Notes: generated by a model not told the origin, from the letters alone. A DNA stretch of 64,000 bases from Macrostomum lignano (GCA_002269645.1 NIVC01001022.1:549147-613146), one strand, 5' to 3'. Positions 25,768 to 38,224 are shown, counted from the stretch's first letter. Made by a program: numbers and translations.

Positions 25768-28700
25768 CTACAGCTCGTCAGGCAAATCCATAAATCGAAT
25801 GTCTCCGATGAGGTCAGGGGCCCACAGGTCAGCGGTCACTGGGCGAGTCCGGCCGATTGCGTCACACTGTTGGAGGATCTGTCCGCCTTGGCTTTGATGA
25901 GGATATTGATGCTGCAGAGTTGACCGCTTGCGGAGTCTGAAAGTCAGATTTAATTACGAAAGGAATGATGAAGATGAGAGTTAGTTTTAAGGTGACCCAT
26001 TTGGCTTTGAGATGCTATATGAATTCACATAGGCTACATTAATAAGGCATCGAGCTACCCAGGTCTGGAAATGTGTGCAGCTCTGTTTATTATGGTCACT
26101 GCACCATCGCTCCCAGATTACTGTATGTAGTTCAGCTTGGTCACTGCACCATCGCTCCCAGTTTACTGTATGTAGTTCAGTTTGGTCACTGCACCATCGC
26201 TCCCAGTTTACTGTATGTAGTTCAGCTTGGTCACTGCACCATCGCTCCCAGTTTACTGTATGTAGTTCAGCTTGGTCACTGCACCATCGCTCCCAGTTTA
26301 CTGTATGTAGTTCAGCTTGGTCACTGCACCATCGCTCCCAGTTTACTGTATGTAGAATTCAGTTTGGTCACTGCACCATCGCTCCCAGTTTACTGTATGT
26401 AGAATTCAGTTTGGTCACTGCACCATCGCTCCCAGTTTACTGTATGTAGTTCAGTTTGGTCACTGCACCATCGCTCCCAGTTTACTGTATGTAGTTCAGT
26501 TTGGTCACTGCACCATCGCTCCCAGTTTACTGTATGTAGTTCAGTTTGGTCACTGCACCATCGCTCCCAGTTTACTGTATGTAGTTCAGTTTGGTCACTG
26601 CACCATCGCTCCCAGTTTACTGTATGTAGTTCAGTTTGGTCACTGCACCATCGCTCCCAGTTTACTGTATGTAGTTCAGTTTGGTCACTGCACCATCGCT
26701 CCCAGTTTACTGTATGTAGTTCAGTTTGGTCACTGCACCATCGCTCCCAGTTTACTGTATGTAGTTCAGTTTGGTCACTGCACCATCGCTCCCAGTTTAC
26801 TGTATGTAGAGTTCAGCTTGGTCACTGCAACATCGCTCCCAGTTTACTGCATGTAGTTCTTCTTCTTTGTAGCCTATAGGTGCGTTACTATGATTGCTTC
26901 ATTGTCCCTATACCTATAAGCTGTCACAGTTATAGTTAGTAAAATCTACCTCATCGAAGTCGGCCTGCCTTGTTGTCCGTGGGTTCGGCGATTCCCCGCA
27001 CGCCTCAGCTCATCTCCGTTGGCGCTGACTGCTCTGGGACCGGTGGCGAAGGCTCTAACGGACTGCTGGTACACGTAGCTGATGAAGCGAGTCAGTACAC
27101 GCTGCCGTCTACCCAACGCTTCAACTCGACCCCGGCCAACGAACATCAGCCAGGTGACCGCTCTCAGAAACTGCCGCTCGCTCAGACAGTAGAGCGCAAA
27201 ATCAACGGCAAAGTTGGCGCAGCTCAGGCTGGCGCTCACCGCCAGAGAGTCGGCCGCCAGCGGACTGCAGTGCGACCGAGGACTCGCCACCAGCATGACA
27301 ACGTGATGCACAGCCAATGGAAAGTTCAGCGCCAGGAAAGTTGCAGAAATCAGCAGCAGCTTCCTAGTTGCTAATCGTTCGCTGCGACTGCTCTCAGCTT
27401 TGGCCCAGGCGGAGGAGTTCGTGAGATGCGGCTCCAGTCTGCGGGCTCGAATCCGGCGCCAGATTAGTGCGTTACAAGCGGCCGTGATGAGGAAGGGCGC
27501 CACGCACCTCAACAGGGTGTAGGAGGTCACGGAAGCGGCGTGAAGTGGCACCCTAAAGGGTTGTAAAAACTTATAGCTAAATTAGACAATTTGTAGTAAA
27601 AAACGATATTGCCTGATTCGTCTACTCATAGTAGAAATACGAGAAAGATTGGCGAAAAGTACGATTAGTTCAAAGACACCGAAGCGAAGGAGAATGACAA
27701 AATATCTGTTTAAAATTTTTAACTGCTAACCAAAACCTGGTTACAAGCTGAACTTTTCTGTTCCGACTGCTTAATCACATACGAGTACATCACATACGAG
27801 TACATCACATACGATTAGATCACATACGAGTAGATCACATACGAGTAGATCACATACGAGTACATCACATACGAGTACATCACATACGAGTACATCGACA
27901 TTCCGTCACAACATCCTACCGTGACATCATCCCATCATGGCATCTTATTCTATCATCCCAACCCTGTCTAAAGTCCCGTTAACGTTTCTGTCCCGTTCCC
28001 ATCATCTCAACCCCTTCATCAGTCATCTAGCCAAGCCAGAATCTGGCACCTCGCGTGGCAGCCTCCACCCGCAGTGGAGCCGGTCCCATTCCCGCTCAGT
28101 CCCGTCCTCGACTCCTCTAAGCTAAACAGCGCCGGGATGCAGGCCAGGCAGGAGCTCGAAGCCACGGCAAGCGCCACCGCGGCTTGTCTCAGACGATTTC
28201 ATCTGGTTGGCAGCAGCGGCGCCAGCACTGCAGCGCAGCGCTCCAGACTGAACAGCACGATAAAGCCAGTGGCAACCAGGGGAGCAGCTTGAGCAGCGTA
28301 GAGTCTGAGCACGCAAGTCGGATAGGAGTTGAGGCTGACACCGATGGCAGCAGGATGGTTGCTAGGCAACTGCAGGGCGTGCGCGGTGAGCAGCTCGAGA
28401 GTGAGCGGCAGTCCGGAGAGCAGCAGCGCGCAGCAGTCGGCCACGCTGAGACAGCGCAGGTACAGGGAGCCGTGACAGCCAAAGGATCTGCTCCGACTGC
28501 GGCCCGTCAGCACCAGGTAGGCGAGGCTGTTGCCTGTGTATTCGAGTTGAGCGAAACTAATTGCTGTGAATTAGACACTGCTGACGATGAATTAGACACT
28601 GCTGACAATGAATTAGACACTGCTGACAATGAATTAGACACTGCTGACAATGAATTAGACACTACCAACAATGAATTAGACACTGCTGACAATGAATTAG

Positions 28701-29580
28701 ACACTGCTGACAATGAATTAGACAATTACTAACAATGAACTAGACACTGCTGACAATGAATTAGACAATTACTGACAATGAATTAGACAATTACTAACAA
28801 TGAATTAGACACTGCTGACAATGAATTAGACAATTACTGACAATGAATTAGAAACTACCAACAATGAATTAGACACTGCTGACAATGAATTAGACAATTA
28901 CTGACAATGAATTAGACACTACCAACAATGAATTAGACACTGCTGACAATGAATTAGACACTGCTGACAATGAATTAGACAATTACTGACAATGAATTAG
29001 ACACTACCAACAATGAATTAGACACTGCTGACAATGAATTAGACACTACCAACAATGAATTAGACACTGCTGACAATGAATTAGACACTGCTGACAATGA
29101 ATTAGACAATTACTGACAATGAATTAGACACTACCAACAATGAATTAGACACTGCTGACAATGAGTTAGACACTGCTGACAATGAATTAGACACTGCTGA
29201 CAATGAATTAGACAATTACTGACAATGAATTAGACACTACCAACAATGAATTAGACACTGCTGACAATGAATTAGACACTGCTGACAATGAGTTAGACAC
29301 TGCTGACAATGAATTAGACACTGCTGACAATGAATTAGACAATTACTGACAATGAATTAGACACTACCAACAATGAATTAGACACTGCTGACAATGAGTT
29401 AGACACTACTCACAATGAGTTAGACACTACTCACAATGAGTTAGACACTGTTAACAATAGATTAGAGAAACAATACAATTGATGACCCACAACAATCTTA
29501 CCAACTAAACCAATAGCCGTGATCAGCAAGTTGAACACAATGCAAGTCCATAGTACAGGTTTATGTGCTAAATTCAGCAT
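25768..29580 (-). CDS. Class A (rhodopsin-type) GPCR, FMRFamide/peptide-receptor-like; exons 29580-29502, 28533-28050, 27552-26950, 25936-25768; in-frame TGA at 28201-28199
   Basis: All three introns are GT-AG and phase-consistent (1, 2, 2). The TM1 GN motif is rebuilt across intron 1 (AIGLVG|NSLAYLVL). Also present: TM2 LSVAD, TM3 FSLERC, TM4 AAVALAVASSSCLACIP, ECL2 Cys, TM5 LLRCVAPF, TM6 TFLALNFP, TM7 NFAVDFALYC. An AATAAA lies at 25702-25697 after the exon 4 stop. Confidence 0.85.
26094..26855. repeat. 45-bp minisatellite in GPCR intron 3 (GGTCACTGCACCATCGCTCCCAGTTTACTGTATGTAGTTCAGTTT)n
   Basis: Head-to-tail units spaced 45 bp apart (26094, 26139...), with no spacers. Confidence 0.97.
27775..27896. 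repeat. 15-bp tandem repeat (CACATACGAGTA[C/G]AT)n in GPCR intron 2
   Basis: About 8 units read directly. Confidence 0.92.
28568..29450. repeat. 21-bp minisatellite (GACACTGCTGACAATGAATTA)n filling GPCR intron 1
   Basis: Read directly. It occupies about 880 of the 968 intron bases. Confidence 0.97.
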
Positions 29581-29949
29581 GTGAATTCTGAAACATTTTG
29601 TAAGCTTATTTTGAAATTCGATTTCAGTAATTTTCTTTAAACGAATATAAAATATCTTCAATTTTTCTCACCCATCTGCGCTGGCATTGTCGAATGTTGT
29701 AAGCGATTTGATCACCATTATTGCATGGAGCTGTTAACCCAAACAGTCAGACAGATTTCAAATTCAGATTGAAGCGCCTTAGATCCAGCATCTCTGCATT
29801 CGACTGATTATTAATATTGCCCGATAAAACCCTATGGTCTGATGCAGTAGTGCTGCCATTCGCTCATCAGATATTGAATAATCACCTTTACTAAATATCC
29901 CAGGTGGTAAAGGTTTGTAGTGTCAACAGGAATCAATTAAATACCGACC

Positions 29950-30300
29950 AAGTCAAGAAGTTTTCTGCAACTTCGTTGTGGAACGGGTTTGCGCTTTGGG
30001 GTACAAAGATTGCCTACTAACGAGTAGCGAGAAAGGCCATGGGGTGCTATAATCGTCGTCAACTTCACCTTTTCTAACCGGGTCTGAATTCATTTGATGT
30101 GTACCATGCCTTTCCCCCCAAACTTTTGTACCCAGCTATGTACTCAACTTTCAGTTCCAACTGTGCACGAATGTTTATGACCATTAGCTCTCGTATTTAT
30201 CGATGCAACCCACTAGATAATCCAACATTGTATATATTCTCTATGCTAGCGTCTGTGTCATTATTCCATAGTTGTTCAAGTGGTCGCTATTTTCACACTT
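29950..30300 (-). pseudogene. Possible highly decayed non-LTR reverse-transcriptase fragment
   Basis: A minus-strand frame with stops reads ...VGLSSGLHR*IRELMVINIRAQLELKVEYIAGYKSLGG, loosely like the RT C-terminal 'GL.IN..KT.VM...V..FKYLG' region. Weak resemblance only. Confidence 0.3.
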
Positions 30301-30924
30301 TTGAGCAACGGTCACGGTGAAAAGAAGCCAAGTGGGACATACCATAGAAAGCCAGAGCCTAGAGGAGGAGTGCATGGAAGCCAGAGCCAATATTTGGCCA
30401 TAGACAACTTGGCAGAGGCAAAGGCTTTAAGAGCATTGTACGGTAAGAAGAGGCTAGAGAGGACTAACTAGACAGAAAGAAGTGATAAGAAGCCATGTCG
30501 GATCTCTGATTGTAATATACAACTACTGTGCGAGTTGAAGCTAATCACTGAGTCGAGTGTAAAAGAACACCACGACGACAAAGGCTTGGGGGAATGGAAC
30601 TTGTATGATATAAGGTGCGTTCAACTTCACTGAATGATTCCTGACGATCCCTGACGATATTCGAAGTGGAAGAAATGCATCGGCAATAGAATAATATAAT
30701 ACTAAACTAGCAATCTAGTGCCCCCTTCATGTCGGCCAATAAGCAAGGAGCAAAAATTATTCATGCAAATCCATTACGAAAGCACATTTTCTTAAAAACC
30801 AATTCCTTCTTCAGTTTTATAAATCACCCTATTCGAGTAAAATTGTCACGGACAAAGACGTTTGATATGAGTCTCTTTTTATAAAAGTAACAAAAGGACG
30901 CAACAAAATAAAGCGTTCACAAAG

Positions 30925-31480
30925 ATAGCAAGCATCCCCCGATAGCAAGCAACCCCAGACAGCAAGCATCTCCCAGAATCAGATAGCCAGCAACCCCCTC
31001 CGAGAGCAAGCAGCCCCAGATAGCAAGCAGCCCCCTCCGAGAGCAAGCAACCCCAACCCCCTCCGAGAGCAAGCAACCCCAACCCCCTCCGAGAGCAAGC
31101 AACCCCAACCGCCTCCGAGAGCAAGCAACCCCAACCGCCTCCGAGAGCAAGCAACCCCAACCCCCTCCGAGAGCAAGCAACCCCAACCGCCTCCGAGAGC
31201 AAGCAACCCCAACCCCTCCGAGAGCAAGCAACCCCAACCCCCTCCGAGAGCAAGCAACCCCAACCCCCTCCGAGAGCAAGCAACCCCAGATAGCAAGCAA
31301 CCCCCTCCGAGAGCAAGCAACCCCAGATAGCAAGCATCCCCATCCTAGAGCAAGCAACCCCAGATAGCAAGCATCCGCCAGATAGAAAGCGTCCCTAAAT
31401 AGCAAGCATCCCTGGATAAAAAGAATTCCTAGATAGCAAGCACACCCCTCCCCTGAGAGCAATGTAGATAGCAAGCATCC
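30925..31480. repeat. 26-bp minisatellite (GAGAGCAAGCAACCCCAACCCCCTCC)n with degenerate flanks
   Basis: Read directly. Confidence 0.93.
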
Positions 31481-31739
31481 ACCAGACAGCACTATATACT
31501 TACTTTGACAGTAATATTTACTTTCTATTAGCGAGCTACTTTTCCTATGTTGATTCCTATTAATGGATTGTTGATCAAAGTGACACTGCTTGCAATCGAT
31601 GCATTTGCGTTACTGATCTAGAAGTTTTTCAGTAGTAAACATGAAAATTAAGGCGCTATACGGTATAAACTCGCAGATTTTCGTTAAGTACGAGCTAAAT
31701 CTTGATTTTTCAGTTTAAAAACTAGCTAGAAAATTATCC

Positions 31740-32340
31740 AATAGAATAACAGGTGGCTGATTATTTAGGCTTTGTCTCCATGGTATACTGAGATGATTCT
31801 ACTTGTATGCGGGTGAGTGATTATTATTAACAGTTCGAAAACATTTTTAATATTAGCAAACACCCATAGCTGATATTGTAATTTGACAGCACAGTGAATA
31901 AACAGCAAAGAATCAACATGATTCCGGCTACATTTTGACAGCAGAGTCGGGTTACATTTTGACGGCAGAGTCGAGTTACATTTTGACAACAGAGTCGGGT
32001 TACATTTTGACAACAGAGTCGGGTTACATTTTGACAACAGAGTCGGGTTACATTTTGACAACAGAGTCGGGTTACAATTTGACAACAGAGTCGGGTTACA
32101 TTTTGACAACAGATTTGGGTTACATTTTGACAACAGAGTCGGGTTACATTTTGACAACAGAGTCGGGTTACATTTTGACAACAGATTTGGGTTACAATTT
32201 GACAACAGAGTCGGGTTACATTTTGACAACAGATTTGGGTTACATTTTGACAGCAAAGTGACAGAAAAAGTCGGGTTATCGATTGGTGACAGAAAAGTTC
32301 AACGGCAGTCAAGGTACATTTTGAAAATTGGGAGACGTTC
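31740..32340. repeat. Dispersed repeat containing a 24-bp minisatellite (CATTTTGACAACAGAGTCGGGTTA)n, copy 1
   Basis: Both the array and its unique flanks (AGAATAACAGGTG...CCATGGTA; CAAAGTGACAG...GAAAATT.GAGACGTT) recur, diverged, at 34568-35190. Confidence 0.85.
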
Positions 32341-32502
32341 AAAAATAATCGGCATTAGTTGACAATTCTATAAAATAAAACTTGTTTTTACTTATTTCAA
32401 AGAGACTTTTGCTTCCAAAGTAAATATGAGACCTGCTACGGCTTTGATTAGAAGTGAAAAACTAATTGCAGGACAGTGTTCTTTGCGTTAAAAATCATTT
32501 CT

Positions 32503-33516
32503 TCAATTTTCCGGGGCAGTGTCCATCAGCAGGCACTCGAATGTCTTCATGGAGTGTCTGTAGTCCAACGGATACATGCTGGGATCAGGTGAAGCAGAAC
32601 CCGAAAACGAGATTCCCAAGTTAGCCAAGCCGTATCCAGGCAAATCCAGAGCTTTCGGGGGACTGTAGTAAATTCCGTTCGGATTGAAGCAAAAGCAGCT
32701 CTTGAACCACCATCCGCTTCCATACAGGTTAGCGCAAGAGACGCCAGAATTGCCATCTTGATCAACGTCCGGAGTGGAAAACTTTTGGTTGTCCATGGAC
32801 TGCCAGCCGTTCTTCCGACACTCAATGACATTGGACCGATCGACGTCCTGTTCACCGACGGTGACTCGATATCCCTGACTGGCGTCCTCGACAATGAGCT
32901 CGGCGTTCTCCCACCACCACCAGCTGCCGTTCCACGAGCTCATCTCCCACCTCACTCTCCTGTCGCCAGCTCGAGTGAGCAGGTGGATCGCCTGCAGACC
33001 CATCCAGAAGTTTCTGTCCTCGCCCTGTCCGAAGCCGGACACGTAGTCTGTCCAGTCACGGTTGAAGTCGACAGTCGCGTCTACTCTGTGCTGGAAGGTG
33101 CGCCAACACCAGCTCGCTCCAAGGCTTTCCAGCCGCCTCACCTTGAAAGAATAAGCGGAAAGATGCTCTCTAACTTTCATATTTATTCAGCTGTATTGCA
33201 GCACATGTTGAACAAAGTTTCTTACCATGAGCAGAGGCAGTCCGGATTTCGCAGCGTTCCGGCACTTCCTGCAGCCGCTCCGACCCAGACGGCAGCTCAG
33301 CAGCCGGCAGACGGCTTCATCGCTTGAGAATGAGACGGCTTGGTGCCGCTCGCTGGCCAGAGACGCGCACTGGATGCGGCTTGCGGTGCGGACCGCGCGG
33401 TCAACCAGGTACTCGGCGAGGTCGTCTCTCTGAGCTCGCCACTCGGAGCTCATGAAGGTAGCAGCAGCCACAGATGCAGAGCCAATGAATAAAGCTAAGA
33501 TATTGATGTGCAGCAT
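32503..33516 (-). CDS. Secreted fibrinogen-related protein (FReD) with an N-terminal PAN/apple-like module; exons 33516-33226 and 33141-32503 (309 aa)
   Basis: Signal peptide MLHINILALFIGSASVAA. An 84-nt phase-0 intron (ATG|GTAAGA...TTCAAG|GTG) joins the two track ORFs. FBG motifs: FQHRVDATVDFNRDW, FWMGL, KFSTPDVDQD, GWWFKSC, NPNG. Confidence 0.9.
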
Positions 33517-34567
33517 CGCTGTGTTTCTTCCTCGTTCAGTTCCTACTCGCTGGCTAAAAGATGCTTGGGAATAGTCTTACTGATTCTTTTATTGACTTGC
33601 AGCTTAGCTTGCTTAGCTTACACTTCCGGGAGCTATTTTTTTCTATTGTGAATTTCACTCGCTTTCGATCTACTAGTATTAGCGTTCATAAGCTGTTACA
33701 ATGTTTTGTCAGTGAATATGCAAAAGAAAAATTAAGCGGCTCAAGTCGGAAACTTTTGGCTTGGAGCTCCGGATGCAGATGCAAGGTTAATCCTTGTCAA
33801 AGATGCAACACGGAACCAACTTGCATTGCACAAAGCCCCAGCAATAGGCATCGGGGTGGGGTGTTTGATCTACTTCCTGGTGCAGATGCATGCAGCGTTT
33901 CTTGCTACCTTCTAGAAGAACCCCCCCTAGCTGGTTGCAGAAGCATCGATCCATAACAGTTCAAGTTCCTAGCTCGATGCTTCCACGCCTGTTAACTAGT
34001 TTACTTGCAGCAACTTTCTCATATTGTCATGCTCTGCGGAAGCCAGAAAAAACTTTGAATTTTTCTGACTCGACACTCATTTTTCTCCTCTAGTCCTGAA
34101 TCTAGACTCCTATAGACTTCTATACTAGACTACTTTTACGTCCAGCAGCTCCTGCTTGTGTTCTAACGCTTCTCATATGCTGACGACTCTTATTCATGGA
34201 TTGTTGAAGAATCTGGGATATTCGATGCGACAGCGACACTCTAAGAATTTTTTCAATCATTTAAAGGAACGTACACTACTACTAGTACAACGTCAAATGG
34301 GTATCGCTATTTACAGAGACATTGACGGTATAAATTTGCAGATCTTCTTCGGTGCCATATGATTCTTCAATTTGAAAACCAACTTTAAAATGATCCAATC
34401 CAAACTTGAAAAGTGACTAATTATTTTGGCTTTGTTAAGAAGCCAAGCGTATCATACTCGTATATTTCTAAAGGTGATAACTTTTGACAGCTGATTAATC
34501 AAGTTCAGATTGATATCCGCACAGGCAAAATTCAGTTAAATTTTGACATCGGAGTCGATTTACATAA

Positions 34568-35190
34568 GAATGACAGGTGACTAGTGTTTTAGGCTTCGTA
34601 ACCATGGTACGAGTAAACGAATGATTCTATTATTTAATGATTAGCATTGGCAAAAACACGAATAAAATAAGTTTGCCTTTCTAACAGATTTGTGAAATTA
34701 TCAGCAAAGAGAGGTACGAGTCGGGTTACATTTTGACAACAGAGTTGGGTTACATTTTGACAGCAGATTCGGGTTACATTTTGACAACAGATTCGGGTTA
34801 CATTTTGACAACAGATTCGGGTTACATTTTGACAACAGAGTCGGGTTACATTTTGACAACAGAGTCGGGTTACATTTTGACAACAGAGTCGGGTTACATT
34901 TTGACAACAGAGTCGGGTTACATTTTGACAACAGAGTTGGGTTACATTTTGACAACAGATTCGGGTTACATTTTGACAACAGATTCGGGTTACATTTTGA
35001 CAACAGATTCGGGTTACATTTTGACAACAGAGTCGGGTCACATTTTGACAACAGATTCGGATTACATTTTGACAACAGATTCGGATTACATTTTGACGGC
35101 AAAGTGACAGTAAAAGTTCAGGTTTTCGATTGAAAGCAGAAAAGTTCAACAGGAGAGTCAATGTATTTTTTGAAAATTATGAGACGTTGT
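34568..35190. repeat. Dispersed repeat containing the 24-bp minisatellite, copy 2
   Basis: Same unit and homologous flanks as 31740-32340. Confidence 0.85.
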
Positions 35191-35237
35191 GAAACTGTGA
35201 TTTTTTTTCAAAACGAAATTTTTTTATTAGATTCAAT

Positions 35238-35392
35238 AGAGACGCGCACTGGATGCGGACCGCGCGGTCAACCAGGTACTCGGCGAGGTCGTCTCTCTGA
35301 GCTCGCCACTCGGAGCTCTTGAAGCTCCCGGAGCCTTCAACGAAGCTGCTGATTGCAACTAGAAGTGATATGGTTAGAGGTACGAGCTGCAT
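35238..35392 (-). pseudogene. Truncated 5' fragment paralogous to FReD exon 1
   Basis: ATG at 35392 with its own signal peptide, then SSEWRAQRDDLAEYLVDRAVR-IQCASL, nearly identical to 33359-33457. Homology stops at 35238. Confidence 0.8.
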
Positions 35393-36422
35393 GATTTGCT
35401 AGCTTCTTGTGTTCAAGCTGTTTACTAAAATTCTCGATAGTGCATTATGCTCGTATATTCGACAATAAGTATCTTACGGTAGTTTGCTTATAAGCAGCAA
35501 AAGCTTGCTTCTTGGGTTTCTTGTATTTGCCCTTGGTTCTTAATTGCGCGCTTGCAAAAAGAAGCAGGTCGAAGCAGGTTGAAGATTTTTCTCGGAGGTG
35601 ACGCCGGTAAGAGGTTTGAAGACTCAGCTGCTTGTCGCAATGCTGTCTTCAAGGTGATAAGCTGAATATCTCGAGAATATCCCAAGACAATCAAATGGCG
35701 ATGTTCTTCTCAGGATGCTCATAATAAAACCTGTCATTTCAAATATGCTAGGCACGTTTGAATAAAACATAAAAAAAATTACATAAATTCAGAAGTATGC
35801 AAACTACTTAAGCATTTTTTTGCATCTTCCATCACCTTTTCACCCCGCTTCTTACAGAAAAATATCCGTTTTCTTGACTCTACGGGAGGACAGCAGACGC
35901 GCGCTCTAGCATAAGCGCGCCTGCGTATTTCTGAGACACACTCTGACACAAGCCAGCGCAACAAATAGGTAAATGTTGCAACAAATGCGCAGGCAAATGA
36001 CAGCAGCCAAAGTCAACAGTGCTCATCGATCATTCTACTCTCTGACACACTTTTCCACCGTTGACGCAAGCAAAGCATCTTCTTTGGCGAGAAATTGACG
36101 TATCTGGAAGCGTCTTTGGAAACTGAAGACTTCATTTTTCGTCGCTTTGTACACCATCTTGCTCTTATTTCCACTGGACCCTACTGAAAAGGCGCACTTA
36201 TACCCAATATAGGGACCAATGTTCTTTGATAACTACAGTAAATATTTCCACTGATTTATGGCTCATGACTTGGTAATTAAAATTTTTCTAGCACACAGCA
36301 TTGAAGCAGTTGAAACCAACTGGAATGGTTTAGTACCTCCGACTATTTTAGATTTTCTTTCGTTACCTATACTACTGCCTAGTCTCTCCAGTAAGTAGTA
36401 TTTAATATACAATAACTACTAG

Positions 36423-37760
36423 TGTAACTCGTCGTTGCTGCCTATTTATTTAAAGACAACAATCTTCGGACCCCTTTAGGGGAGGCCGTGGTTTTGTCTC
36501 GCATAGAGACGCCTAACCGCAGTACCCCTGTGAAACTTGTCTCTGCCTGGCCGAAAGCTTGTCATGAGTTAGTAGGCTGGGTTGGAGGGTAATAGTGGAT
36601 CGGGAAGGGCTGTGGGTAGCTGTATAGGAAGGCAGGCCTATACCTGTTCCAGTTGGTGCTCTGACGGTCTCCCTCGGAGTGCCCTCTGAGCGAACAGCCA
36701 GCGACTCTATTAAAGCTGGAGTGTGCCAGAACCAGGACTGAGTCTGAGCAGGACGGGACCGTTGGCACGGTCACTATAGAAATGGCGGGTTGACGAAGCA
36801 AAGGGCGAAATAGTCCCGGCGATTAGCCATCCTGCCGCTTCAAAGATAAGAGACTGTCTGGCAAGAGTACCCGGGGTTTAGTTGGGGGGAGGCTCCTTCG
36901 GGTTGCCACGGCCGTGGGGGCGGTCTTTGACCGGTTTTTTGGCCTATCTAACCCGGAGAAGGCACGGGCTTCCCTGATTGGTTCACTCACCCCCCTCTGG
37001 CCCCGGGGAGGTTTTGTTATGCTTGGCTTGAGTACTCGGGGGTGGTGGGTGGTCGGCTCCAGCATGGTAGCCACGGCTCTCGGCCTTCGGGCCAACCCTA
37101 ATTGGAAGGGGGTTTATCTAACCAGAATTTTTTGGGCACAGGCTTCCTGACTGGTTCGTCGAACCGCTGTCACTGTCCCCCGAGGAGGTTTTTGATTTAT
37201 CACTTGCCCAATATACAGTCCTCTCTCTCTAGCCTAGGAACCTTGTGTACATACGTACACCTCCAACCTGGAACCTAATTATCTCTAGTGGCGTAAGAGC
37301 CTGTTCAATGGCTGAGGCGCCGGTTTTACTTATTTTAGTTTTTTTAGTTAGTTTAGGGGAGGCAATAAAGAAAGGAATATCTTTTTTCGAAAAAATGTTA
37401 AAAGCAAAATAATCATCAGCTTTAAAAGCCAGCTATCTAGCCTAAGATATCAGCTTCCCCTTTGAACTTTGGCATCTCAGCATCTCCCCCTCGACCCTTG
37501 GCCTCTCAGCATCTCCCCCTCGACCCTTGGAATCTCAGCATCTCCCATTCGACCCTTGGCCTCTCAACAACTCTCTTGAATCTTGGAATTTCAGCAGTTC
37601 CTTCTTGACCCTTACCATCTCAGAGACCTTGGTATCTCTGCAATTCCCTCGAGAGTGAGAACTGACTATTGTAAAGCAAAAAATGCACCCTTACTGCAGT
37701 ATACCGCAGTTTTAATTACGCTATAGTCAATATTTCTCTATATATCTAGCTTATATTACA
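36423..37760. mobile_element. GC-rich island, possibly an LTR; contains a diverged ~165-bp duplication and a 29-bp tandem repeat (37471-37625)
   Basis: Bounded by TGTAA (36423) and TTACA (37756-37760). A purine-rich AAGGCGGCGGG abuts the right end on the minus strand (PPT-like). No TSD and no retroviral ORF seen. Confidence 0.3.
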
Positions 37761-38224
37761 CCCGCCGCCTTATCAGCTCTTAGATGGAGCTGGGATAGGA
37801 AAAAGGCAAAGAAATATCCTTTTCCTCACCAGAATCCTTCACAGAGAGATTTTACGACAAGCAAGCGATGACGTTTCATAGAGGGAAGGGAGCTCAGCTG
37901 AAAGAGAAGTTGAGAGAAACTTCACTAAGCCCGTCTATTGACGAAAGATAGGCCCTGAGATGGTGGAGTGGCTACGTAGCTGAGCACTAAACCTTTATAA
38001 CTGTGACTAAATTAGAACTCGCGGACAGGATAGCTGAGCTGCAGTAAGGGGGCAAGTGAGGATAGGGAAGAGGAAAGCGTCTCATGAGTTTCTGTTTGCG
38101 GGCGATATCTGTCAGCAAACACCAGCCACCCACGCAGCAGAGTTCCTTTGGGTTTTTTGCCGGCATCATCAAGGCTAAATTTAGGCTGCCGTGAACTCTT
38201 TCGCAAGGTGCTGCGTGTTGTATG

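Noticed and set aside
26094-26855. 45-bp array as a CRISPR locus or repetitive CDS
   Set aside because: Units are head-to-tail with no unique spacers, there are no cas genes, and the array sits in a GPCR intron on a eukaryotic contig.
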